A DNA stretch of 64,000 bases from Octopus vulgaris (Eukaryota). Made by a program: the position numbers and the translations under genes. The notes under the pieces were generated by a model. That model saw nothing but the letters and a program-made list of their open reading frames with translations, was not told the origin of the DNA and searched no databases. Shown piece after piece: positions 27,133-39,800 of this stretch; position 1 is the first letter of the stretch; each line of letters starts with the position of its first letter. Location: positions 122,264,001 through 122,328,000 of the forward strand of contig OX597818.1 in NCBI GenBank assembly GCA_951406725.2, read 5' to 3'.

Positions 27133-27144
27133 GCTCTCTCTCTA

Positions 27145-27261
<117 letters not shown>

Positions 27262-28275
27262 ACCTACCTGCCTACCTACCTACCTACCTACCTACCTACC
27301 TACCTACCTACCTACCTACATATCTACCTACCTATCTATCTATCTATCTATCTATCAATCTATCTATCTATCTATCTCTATCTATCTATCTATCTAATTA
27401 TCTATCTCCCTATCTATCTAACAACCTATATCTTTATCTATCTCCCGTACTATCTGTTTGTTTATGTGTCTGTCTGTACGACTGACTATCTAGCTGTCTG
27501 TCTATGAATCTGTATGTCTGCCTGTATATCTGTATGTATATTTCTATCTCTATCTATATGTGCATATCCAAATTAATACATTGAATCATAGTGTGAGGAG
27601 AAAATGAAGCAACACCGATGACTTTCGCAGCCTCTCCTCAATATATGTCAAATGAATGCAATTGCGGCTTAATTGGAGAATCTGGTATTTATAAAGTCTT
27701 GGGCGGGAATGAAACTAAAGAAGGAAAACGTTCTGTAGAAGAAAGCTTGGTTATAGTGCTCAACGAACGGTGGAGGCTGGAGATAATATGGCGAATAACA
27801 GTAGGAGCCTAATGTAACATGTCAACATGGGTGGAAATATTATGCAGTTACGAATATTGAGCGGAGCATGAGGTGTTGCCGTGTGACAGAAAGCGTGAGA
27901 ATGACGAGACTAAGTGTTGGCCATATCGAATCTCTACCTCTCAGTGAGACGGTTTTCTAATGCGTTTGATCAGTGAGACGCTCGTGAGCAAAGACACTGT
28001 GCTTCAAAGGAATGCAATATAGAATAAAGAAAATTCCAGTGTGTAAATACACAGAGGATGTATAGCTAAGTGCCTTTCTTTGCTTGGTATAAACAAAACA
28101 TAAACGCCTTATCCATTTGATCACCAAAATGCCGTAAGTTGTAGATAGTACTTAATATGCAAATATTCTAGCTTGTCTGTGACATAAGTTCATTCAAATA
28201 TGAAACTTGTGCCGCTGCTAAGATTTCAACACTAAATACGTACATACATAAATGCACACACACACACGTAAACAT

Positions 28276-28331
<56 letters not shown>

Positions 28332-28344
28332 GTGTGTGTGTGTG

Positions 28345-28560
28345 TATATGTTTGTGTGTCTGTGTTTGTCCCCCCATCATCGCTTGACAACCGATGCTGG
28401 TGTGTTTACGTCCCCGTCACTTAGCGGTTCGGCAAAAAGAGACCGATAGAATAAGTACTGGGCTTACAAAGAATAAGTCCCGGGGTCGATTTGCTCGACT
28501 AAAGGTGGTGCTCCAGCATGGCCGCAGTCAAATGACTGAAAGAGTAAAGAGTAAAGAGTA
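28345..28560 (+). mobile_element. SINE family A, 3' half
   Basis: cgcttgacaaccgatgctgg...gactgaaagagtaaaga. Confidence 0.85.
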
Positions 28561-28562
28561 TG

Positions 28563-28777
28563 TAGATCGTTAGCCACTACACACATTTTTCTCTCCTTTT
28601 TTCCTTCCTTTTTTCTCTCCTTTTTTTCTCTCCTTGTTTTTTTCTGTGTTCCTTTCTGTAGAAGAGCGTAGGCTCGAAACGTAAAAGACTTTTTCTATTC
28701 CTGAGCGTTATACTAATACATCTGTTTGTTTTGTACACCACTTGTCTTCGCCTTTTGTTTCTTTCGTAAACTCTCCC

Positions 28778-28778
<1 letters not shown>
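28563..28778 (+). mobile_element. Family D short element ending in (TA)n
   Basis: Near-identical to 21955-22146. Confidence 0.8.
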
Positions 28779-28844
<66 letters not shown>

Positions 28845-29337
28845 ATGTATGTTCAGAGAGAGAGAGAGGGAGAGAGAGAGAGAGAGAAATAGAGAGAAAG
28901 AGAGAGAAAGAAAGAGAGTGTGAAAAGTATATATTAACTCTAACTATTGAAAAATCGTGATTACTCTATGCAACGAATGCATAACAGGCTTATTTTAAAA
29001 GTTATATTTTATAACATAAATGGTGAGCTTTAGTGTAGTTTGCTTTTGATTCCTTATGAACAGTCACTGGTTCATTATATTTGTGGCGGCAAAATTAATT
29101 GACGAGAGAATGATTGAATGCAGAAAAATGTCCTAAAGGATTTCGCTTGTAAGCAATCGGTTGTCCAGTTTCCTAACAGTTATTTACATATCTTTTGCCG
29201 ACACATATCAGGGAACGAGTACAGAAACACGCGCACAGCTACCCACCTACACGCAAATACACACAGACATGCACACACACAAGCATGCACATACATACAC
29301 ATACAAGCACCCATATACACATACACAAACACACACA

Positions 29338-29379
<42 letters not shown>

Positions 29380-29385
29380 TACAAA

Positions 29386-29487
29386 AAATTCAGGGTGAAT
29401 ACTTGATAAATGTAAGCACCTGTATATGACATTTAGTGGTGTAGGTGATAGAGTATATTTATCAAAATAAAAACATGATGCAAAGGA
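29386..29487 (-). mobile_element. Family F element, truncated copy next to (TA)n
   Basis: aaattcagggtgaatacttgataa...gatgcaaagga matches 5735-5835. Confidence 0.8.
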
Positions 29488-30780
29488 TATTTATCAAAAG
29501 AAGGGGAATGAAGAGAGTGCAAGCGGGAGATATAGAGAGACGAACAGAGAGAGAGAAAGAGAGAGAGAGAGTTGAATGGTGTGCGTTGAATGTTATACCA
29601 TGATGAATTCTTTGTTAAAAAATCATCCTTCATCATTAGAAATAGTAAATAACAACAATGTTATAGATTCCGAATAGGAGCAGAAAATTTCAAGAAATTA
29701 AGAATAATTCACGATGAATTAACATCTTAGGAGAAATAGGCAATCTGATTTCAGTTCCAGATAACAAAGGACAGCTATGAACAGCGGTCGACGTGTGATT
29801 TTGCTTCAGTTAGCTTCATCGGAACAGCATTGCCTTTCTTGCCTCTCGAAACAGCTGTAGAGTTTAAACATTGAAAATCAAACATATACTAAATGGCTTG
29901 CGAATATTCTTGGCGAGGATTAACTTTAAAAAAGGAAAACGAAAACGAGTTTAAAGAAAATAACTCAAAGGTAATACAATGAGTATGCGCAAAATTTCTG
30001 TCTATCAAATTCAATTCAAAAAGTATTCATCTTAAATAACCCCATTTTGATATGGAAGAATGTTACTGTGTGGATGGTGGGACGAGCGTCTTAACCACGG
30101 AACCATTCCAGGTTATTGGTCACATAAGTTGAAATTCATATACGTTGCTCTTTTAAGCAACAGGAATCCATTTGGACTTCTTGTTCCATGAAAATACTTT
30201 CAGTACGGATTCTTGTTTGGGCATAGTCTGTATCACAATAGGAAAGAAGTTTCCGTGTATGTAGAAAAGAAAAGAGCAGTACTGAAGAACTGCGGTCATA
30301 TTACAGCTAATTTCATTACTATCATGTAAATGCGGTTGCACTTGTTAAGAACGACCAGAAAACGAGAGCATTTGCGGTATAGAAATACTAGACGCTTTAA
30401 CTGACGTATATCAATAATACTGCAGTAATATTATCATTAGGTGGTATATGGTGACTAAACACGGACACTTGATCAATTCTGATCACATAAAGAACGATGT
30501 TGAGCAATAGCTAGCAAGCACATTACCCTCACAAACACACACATACACACAAACAAGCACGAACACAAACATACGCACACGTAGGTGCACATTACCCGCG
30601 AATACCCAGAATGTGTACACGCAGTGTTGATTCTAGACATTAACATGCGACATAGGGAGACAGATGCAAGCAAATGACGGCGTATTTATATACAAATATA
30701 TACTCACAACAGCCACAATATACATACACATATATATATGTGTGTGTGTATATATATGTATGTATATGTGTACTAGTATG

Positions 30781-30823
<43 letters not shown>

Positions 30824-31172
30824 GTATATATATGCATGCAAAATACAAGCATGCATATACAATTACACATACATATATATTCATGTATACATATCCTATA
30901 TATATACTATATATATATATTTACTTTTAGAAGCAAAAACTTTGTTGATGGTGAGTTCGAAGTTTCAGCCACTTAAGCCATCGTCGGACTGCGATGCATT
31001 AGAGTTAGTCTTGCCTTTATATAATCTCTGTTGCGACTATATAAATGCCGAAAATTCGAAGTCACTGTCAACAGCATTCTTGTATAACAATAATAAATTT
31101 GTACTCTACCAAAGTAAAGAGTAATCCATTAGATTAATAAAAAGTTGTTTTTATTGTAACTGAATAGGAAAA

Positions 31173-31249
<77 letters not shown>

Positions 31250-31556
31250 CATTAATAGAATACAGAAATCATGTATAGTATTCTATGGTTTAGAGCTAGA
31301 GAGTGAGATCGATAGATAGATAATCAATGCGTCTCCTATACAAGTGCAAGGCACGCAATGTATCCCTAAGATAAATAAATGAATACATATAGCAAATCAG
31401 GTTAAAATATAAATTTTGTATTTGTTTGACAGATATATGCACCCTACTTCAATAATATAACTTCGATTTTTAATATTGCTTGCTCTGCTAAAATAACACA
31501 TTCCACCCGCCACACACACACACACACGTACACAGATTATTTCATATATGAAATAC

Positions 31557-31587
<31 letters not shown>

Positions 31588-31859
31588 TCCCGAGCTATAA
31601 TTTCATAAGGCAGTTTTCCCGGATTCCGTCACAGAAATACTCATTTTTGCCAGCTGAATGAATTGAAGAGTTTTGGGTCGATACCCCAGCGCATTGCCCG
31701 ATCTTGGAATCGACGCCACAGTCTTACGATCATGAATGAAACGCCCTAACTTTTAAGCCACACCCTTTCACACTATGTGTATGTGTGTGTATATATATAT
31801 ATATATATGATTTTGATTTTGATTTTTCCAGTTTCATCTAATGAGCTGTGGCGATATAT

Positions 31860-31900
<41 letters not shown>

Positions 31901-31985
31901 TAGGTAGGTAGGTAGGTATGTAGGTAGGTAGGTAGGTAGGTAGGTAGGTAGGTAGGCAGGTAGGTAGAAAGATAGATAGATAGAC

Positions 31986-32049
<64 letters not shown>

Positions 32050-32052
32050 TGA

Positions 32053-32093
<41 letters not shown>

Positions 32094-32418
32094 TGTGAAT
32101 GCGCGTGGCTTAGTGGTTAGGGCATTCGTCTCACGATTGTAAGGTCGTGAGTTCGACTCCCGGCGACGCGTTGTGTCCTTGAGCAAGACACTTTATTTCA
32201 CGTTGCTCCAGTCCACTCAGCTGGCAAAAATGAGTTGTACCTGTATTTCAAAGGGCCATCCTTGACACACTCTGTGTCACACTGAATCTCCCTGAGAACT
32301 ACTTTAGGGGTACACGTGTCTGTGGATTGCTCATCCCTTGCACGTTAATTTCATAATCAGGGTGTTTCTTTGATCGTATCACCTGGGAACCTCGTTGTCG
32401 TAACCGACGGACTGCTCC
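32094..32418 (+). mobile_element. SINE family B, full length (tRNA head, CORE-like middle, tail T1)
   Basis: A box tggcttagtggttagg, B box gagttcgactccc, tgtgtccttgagcaagacactt similar to the CORE-SINE domain; flanked by (TA)n. Confidence 0.9.
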
Positions 32419-32440
32419 TACATGTATATATATGTGTGTA

Positions 32441-32515
<75 letters not shown>

Positions 32516-33334
32516 GTGTGTGTGTGTGTAGAATAAAAATCTAAGAGAATACTTTATAAGCACTCCGAGCAGATCAAACTTAAGCTAAATTGTCCGACGA
32601 AAACCAATTTAATTCATGCTACTTGTCTAGTTTTTTTTTTTAATCCGAAGTTCTAACACTTGTTAAATTTAGTATGAAGTGCGGAGTATAGTTGAAAAAT
32701 ACAAAAGAATGGATAATTATTCATATTTTAATGAGCTTACGCACGTTTCGGGTACATTGTCAGAGTCCGAAAATTCCGCGATGCAGTAATCATGCACATT
32801 AATCGATCCCGATATTTGGTCGACTAAGATTTTGCATTGATAGAAAAAATTAATGCTATTTTATCCTTATAAAACCTTAACTATGGTGCATTGGACAGAA
32901 ACATTGATTGTTAGATTTTTCAGTCGCACACGTCGACTTGAAAAATGTTCATGGCAAAATCCTTATCCCATTTGAACTATTATCAACCAGTTCAAATACT
33001 CAGAAAAGTTTGTAGAACGAAGCTATTCAGTAAATGACTATATAGGTTAACGTGGAAATGCCATTTGATCAGTGTTAATTCTAAATATAAGCTATGAGTA
33101 GAGACAGATTGAATGGACGAGAAATTTAAAGGAAAATAAACACTAAGGAAGATCTATTTCAAAAAGATTATCTTTCTTAACAGTTTAAATATTTAAAAAT
33201 AAAGTAATTGTAATACCATTAAGAAAAAATTGAAACAAAAAATAAAGTTAAAAAATAAATTAAAAAATAAATTAAACAAATTAAAATGATTATAAATTAA
33301 TTAACCAATCTAATTACAGACTTTAAAAACTTAA

Positions 33335-33508
<174 letters not shown>

Positions 33509-34454
33509 TTGAAAATTTAGTTAAAATAATTTGATAAAATAAATATCAGTGTCTCTACCAAACCGAGAAAGGCAGATCCAACCTATTGCATTAGAGTATT
33601 CTAATCACTACACCATATATTTGAAAAACGTTTTTAGATGTTCTTCTAAGGAAATGTATCCTTAATATTTATTCTTTTCTTTTCCTTAATATATTACATT
33701 TGGTTGTAAAGATACGCAGTGTCTACTCGAGTCATACGTTACATTTAAGTTTCGCTATATTCCACCGTAGAGCACTACTTATTATAGCGCATTTAATATC
33801 GTACCTAACATTTCTGTTTGAGGCTTTGAAATTAAAGAAGTGAAACTTTCTTTTTTTCACCGTATTTAAATGAAGAAATGCGATTATATATTTTCGGCTT
33901 AAAATCAATTGCGCAAGCACCTATTAAACAGTACGTACATCCCTGTATTGTTACCGAACATTTATAGACTAATGACTGACTCCATTTCAACAAACCCTTT
34001 TAACTTAATAGTATTATGCGCTGTTATAAATTCACCTAAGCTTCTTGTAGCTGATTAGGCAAATTTAATTGTACGTGTGACAAATAGCCTACTCCATGCT
34101 GGGAAATGCTTGTACAGAGCCATGATAAATTTACCTGGGATATTTGTGGATATTTGGACCTCGTATGGAACATTATACCATGTTATCTATCTCATGCGAG
34201 TGCTTCGTAATCTAGAATACATATTATAAGTGCTATTTCTGATCATATTCCCATATATATAGTTATTAGCAAAAAATCTGACGAGAACCGTATTGAACCT
34301 CTGAGTTCGAATCATTCGTGTTATTACTATTCCTATTGCTATATATTTTGCTCTTTCTCTTATTAGTCTTGCTTTTATTATTATTATTATACTTATCATC
34401 GTCTTCATCATTGCCACCGTTAGTATTATTAACATGATTATGATAATTCTTATA

Positions 34455-34677
34455 AAGGTGGAGAGCTTTAAAGAAACATTAGCCTGCTGGACAAAATGCT
34501 TAGCGGCATTTCGTCTGCCGGAACGTTCCGATTTTAAATTTTGCCGAGGTCGACTTTGCCTTTCATCATTTCGGGGCTGATAAGTCAAGTACTAATCAAG
34601 CACTGGGGTCGACGTAATCGACTAGCCCCTACGCACAAAACTTCTGACCTTGTGCCTGTAGTAGAAAGGATTATGAT
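34455..34677 (+). mobile_element. SINE family C, short tail
   Basis: ...ccgaggtcgactttgcctttcatc...ccttgtgcctgtagtagaaaggattat. Confidence 0.8.
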
Positions 34678-34989
34678 TTTTCCTATAATAATACGAAGAT
34701 TGCTTGGTTGTTATTATCTTTATTGATATAATACTTGGTTGTTATAATACTTATTAATACTATATTAATACAACGTTTGCCACACGTGTTCCTATAGGTA
34801 CTTTCGCTCTTAATATCACTGTTTCTATTAGAATTGTTTTACTTGGTTGCTCAGTTAATCTTCACTGCATTTTCTATTATCAATAAAGCTTTCCTAACTA
34901 TTTCTGTTACTTTTATTATTTACTTCGTTATCAGCGCGTGTATACATATGATAATATATATATATCAGAAATACCGGTACGACAAGGTA

Positions 34990-35251
34990 CCAATGTTTAA
35001 AGAAATATATTCAATTCTCATACCTCCTCACTTTTTGTGGCTTATACAGATAGATAGATACGTACAAACTTGGCTAGAAAGTGATACTCTTGTATTGTAA
35101 TATTTAAAATTTATATATGTATGTAGTATGTGTGTGTATGTATGTATGTATGCGTGTACGTACATATCTATCTATCTATCTCTTTATCTATCTATCTTAG
35201 CCACAAAAAGTGAAAAGGTATGAGAGGTGAATATATTTCTTTAAACACTGG
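34990..35251. mobile_element. MITE-like element with ~53-bp TIRs (Tc1-like ends)
   Basis: ccaatgtttaaagaaatatattca...cactttttgtggct is inverted at 35199-35251; microsatellite-rich interior; no clean TSD. Confidence 0.65.
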
Positions 35252-35850
35252 ACTTTCTTAGGATGACGGCCGTTTCGTAGTTTATTTATGTAGTAACGAT
35301 TTCAATGCAGAATGAATCATAATTACATTGATATGTATGATTTATACAATAAGTTGTATATTCGCAAATCCATGCAAAGAAAGGAAGCTTTATACGTAAT
35401 TGTATTGCATAATGCGCACCATGCAAGTGGATGCAAACATGAAAACATTGTATATTCCTTACAGAAATTATTATTACACGAGGAAAGCTGTGAAACGGAC
35501 ATAATGTTAAGGATGTCAAGAGGTTCAATAGAAATATTCACTTGTCTATACTTCTGGCGTTTTATGATTTATGTACTTTTCATGAAATTATTTCACCGAT
35601 CTGATCTTCTGGATTTCTGCAGCATGGTCATTCTGCATTATGCTACTCTGTATTGGATTAGTATGTATTGCAGGTCTGTTAACGAAGTCCCTTGGAGACT
35701 CTTCCTGTGATAGCTTCACTATTCTCTGAATGCATATCTTATATACTACAAATTTATAAATATATATTTGTGTGTGTGTTTTGTGTGTGTGTGGTTTGTG
35801 TGTGTGTATACATCTATGTATGTGTGTATTACCGCTACCATCTCACCGTG

Positions 35851-35935
<85 letters not shown>

Positions 35936-36164
35936 GGCATGATAAAAAAATATTCAGACAAATACATAACAAAAACACCAGGACTTACAAACACATATAA
36001 CATACAGAAAATTGCACTACTAGGCACTGCCCACATCCTACGCAGAACACTTTCCATACAATAACCATCAGAGCATCACAACAAATCACAGCACATACCC
36101 AAGGCACACAGAGCTGCGCTCGGTAGTGAAGTGAAAGCACGCTATAAAAATAAAAATAAAACTA

Positions 36165-36167
<3 letters not shown>
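35936..36167 (+). mobile_element. 3' end of R4/Dong-clade non-LTR retrotransposon inserted in (TAA)n
   Basis: 35936-36064 encodes GMIKKYSDKYITKTPGLTNTYNIQKIALLGTAHILRRTLSIQ*, the typical R4/Dong C-terminus; (TAA)n on both sides. Confidence 0.85.
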
Positions 36168-36209
<42 letters not shown>

Positions 36210-36223
36210 TAATAATAATAATA

Positions 36224-36341
<118 letters not shown>

Positions 36342-36424
36342 GCTATTAGCGCCCAATGTACTTGTATTTTTCTGTGAACCAGTTGTTCAGTGCAGAGCCT
36401 AATGATAATAAATGAATGAGAGTT

Positions 36425-36594
36425 GTCGTTACGTTCTGAGTTCAAATTTCGCCGATGTCGACTTTGCCTTTCATCCTCTCGGGGTCGATAAATAAAGTAC
36501 CAGTTTCACACTGGGTCGATGTAAACGACTTAATCCGTTTGTCTGTCCTTGTTTGTCCCCTCTATGTTTAGCCCCTTGTGGGTAATAAAGAAAT
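36425..36594 (+). mobile_element. SINE family C, LINE-tailed subfamily (5' truncated)
   Basis: Ends ccttgtttgtcccctctatgtttagccccttgtgggtaataaagaaata. Confidence 0.85.
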
Positions 36595-36629
36595 ATATAT
36601 ATATGTAACTCCGGTTCTTTTGTCATTTC

Positions 36630-36670
36630 TTGATGACGACAATGATGATGGTGGTGAATACGATGATGGC

Positions 36671-36726
<56 letters not shown>

Positions 36727-37082
36727 CGACGACGATTATTGTGATGAAGATGGAAGTTATGACGTTGACAACGACGGCGACGATAATGATGAATACGGTG
36801 GTACGAGGATGTCAATGAAGGTAGTGGTGACAGCTCTCGTGGTGGTGGTGGTGATGGTGGTGGTGATGGTAGTGGTGGCGATGGCGGTATTGTTTTTGCT
36901 GCTACAGGTGATGATGATGATAGGAGGAGGAGGAGAAGGAGGAGGAGGAGGAGAGTGATGGTGTTGGTGACTGTTTTGCATACTATGTCTATTATAATGA
37001 TGACGATGATGATGATTGATGATAATGATGATGATGATGATGATGACGACGACGATGATGATAACAATGGTGGTGGTGGTGG
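36630..37082. repeat. Degenerate GAT/GGT/GGA trinucleotide low-complexity tract
   Basis: Direct reading; source of the poly-D/H/S ORFs. Confidence 0.85.
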
Positions 37083-37769
37083 TTTGGAAGAAATCTACCG
37101 TCTCTACGCAGACTAGGCAGGCTTACCATCAAACGTACAAACAGGCGTACAAAACCGACTTATTGACAGACGTACCGACGGACAAAGAAATGAAACGGGC
37201 AGATAACCATCAGACTCACCACCTGCCAGACAGTCAGAAAGTGACTAAAACATGCTTATCAGCTGGCAGCCAGCCAGCCAGTCAGTCAGTGAAAGAGGAA
37301 GAGGAAGAGGCATATAAAACGACAATTAGAAATATAAAATTAGTTGGGGATTTCGATTTGAGATGTTAGAGGTTTTTTATTTTCATTCATAGATTTTGTT
37401 TTTCTTTCCATTGTGTGGAGTGGGTGGGCTGTTGCTATTGCTGTTGTTGCAGGTGGCGGTGTTGGTGGTGCATTTAGTGGTGGTGGTGAGGATGGTGGTG
37501 GTGGTGGTTGATATAGATGGGCGGAGGTATGTTTGTTTTGCTTGTGCAGCAGAGTTGGTAGACAGCAAATGTGTGTGTGTGTGTGGGGGGATTTGCGCGT
37601 GCAGGTATGTGTGATGTGTATGCGTGTGCTTGTATGCTTGTGTGTGTGTGTGTGTGTGTGTGACTCGCGTGTATGCATCTGACTATGTTCCTGTGAGTAT
37701 TTGATTTTGTAAGTTTCCGTCTTTCTGTCTGTCTAGCTAATTATCTATCTGTCCGTCTGTCTGCCTGTC

Positions 37770-38021
37770 TTTTATTCTTTTATTCTTTTATTTGTTTCAG
37801 TCATTTGACTGCGGCCATGCTGGAGCACCGCCTTTAGTCGAACAAATCCACCGCTGGACTTATTCTTTGCAAGCCCAGTACTTATTCTACCGGTCTGTTT
37901 TGTCGAACTGCTAGATTACGGGGACGTAAACACACTAACTTTGGTTGTTAAGCGATGGTGTAGGGACAAACACAGACATACAAACATACGCACACACACA
38001 CACACACACATATATATATAC

Positions 38022-38101
<80 letters not shown>

Positions 38102-38245
38102 GACGATATTTTTTCAATGTCCGTCTACCAAATCCACTCACAAGGCTTTGGTCGGCCCGTGGCTATAGTAGAAAACACTTGCCCAAAGGGCCACGCAGAA
38201 GGAATGAACCCGGAACAATGTGGTTGGTAAGCAACCTACTTACCA
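37770..38245 (-). mobile_element. SINE family A with expanded internal microsatellite
   Basis: Reverse-complement similarity to 10609-11030. Confidence 0.85.
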
Positions 38246-38404
38246 CATCGACCCCAGTGCGTAACTGGTACTTAATTTATCTACCCTGAAAAGATGAAAG
38301 GCAAAGTCGACCTCGGCGGAATTTGAACTCAGACCGTAGCGGCAGACGAAATACCCCTAAGCATTTCGCCCGGCGTGCTAACGTTTCTACCAGCTCGCCG
38401 CCTT
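38246..38404 (-). mobile_element. SINE family C, 5' part abutting the family A head
   Basis: atcgaccccagtgcgtaactggtac...ccagctcgccgcctt. Confidence 0.85.
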
Positions 38405-38533
38405 AGATTCCAGTCAATTCTGGTAAATAAACAAGTGAGCGTTCTTTTGGCATGTTCACTTGTCCACCTGGTAGTTACTTGGAGATATTTAGCAATGAGT
38501 TGCGAGGTGCACGGCATGGGACAGTATTGTATA

Positions 38534-38759
38534 TATTTCTTTACTACCCACAAGGGGCTAAACATAGAGGGGACAAACAAAGACAGACAAAGGGATTAAG
38601 TCGATTACATCAACCCCAGTGCGAAACTGGTACTTAATTTATCGACCCCGAAAGGATGAAAGGCAAAGTCAACCTCGGCGGAATTTGAACTCAGAATGTA
38701 ACGACAGACGAAATTCGGCTACGCATTTCGCCCGGCGTGCTAACGTTTCTGCCAGCTCA
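38534..38759 (-). mobile_element. SINE family C, LINE-tailed, with 18-bp TSD
   Basis: TSD atgggacagtattgtata at 38516-38533 and 38760-38777. Confidence 0.9.
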
Positions 38760-39015
38760 ATGGGACAGTATTGTATAGTAGAGAAGAACATGTTGCATAT
38801 ATGAATGTTGGATAGAAATTCTTCTGTTGGGGATAAGCTTATTATGTCTTTTATTTCCTTAGTTGCAGATATATAATTTTAACGAAGCAGGGGTGAAGCA
38901 ATATATTCGTAGACGTGACATCCAACTACCTACACGCGAGACTCCAACGTATTGAGCAATCATTCATTTTAATGTAAAATTGTTTTTCTTTCAATATATA
39001 AAAAAACAAACATTA

Positions 39016-39131
<116 letters not shown>

Positions 39132-39247
39132 GTCTGTCGTGTCTATCTGTCTGTGTGTCTGTGTGTCTGTCTGTCTGTCTGTCTGCCTGTCCTTCTGTCT
39201 GTATGTCACTCAGTCAGTCTGTCTGTCTGTCTAAACATATGTATGTG

Positions 39248-39315
<68 letters not shown>

Positions 39316-39476
39316 TATATTTATTAATGTTTATTAATATTTGTTTATATATCTATACATATATATTTATATGCACATACATACGTATAGGTAGACAGAG
39401 AGATAGATTAATGTTTGTTTATATATATATACACATACATATATTTATTAATATTTGTTTATATATATATATATAG

Positions 39477-39800
39477 GGTAAAGGGGGTAAAGACCCCCTT
39501 CGGTCATGAATGACCATGGGATTGCACCTAGAAAGTTACCCTCCTAGACACAAGTCCGGGCTAGGTTGTTTATGGAAGACCAGCAGTCGCCCATGCATAC
39601 CAGCCTCCCCTCTCCACGCCACCAGTGTTATCCAAGGGAAAGACAAAGGTCGATACAGCTTGGCACCAGTGACGTCGCAACTCATTTCTACAGCTGAGTG
39701 AACTGGAGCAACGTGAAATAAAGTGCCTTGCTCAAGAACACAACACGCAGCCCGGTCCGGGATTCGAGCTCACAACCTCACGATCGTAAGCTCGACGCTC
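39477..39800 (-). mobile_element. SINE family B head with tail T2, in (TA)n
   Basis: Matches 24200-24493; CORE-like segment shared with 32094-32418. Confidence 0.85.

Noticed and set aside
32733-32767. Minus-strand CTGACAA...GAAACGTGCGTA hammerhead-like string
   Set aside because: Core G8 is missing, stems I and II are poor, and there is no second copy
35312-35710. 132-aa non-repetitive ORF
   Set aside because: No recognisable domain or coding signature
36471-37067. His/Pro/Asp-rich ORFs resembling low-complexity proteins
   Set aside because: Degenerate trinucleotide tract open in several frames on both strands, with no domain or splice evidence
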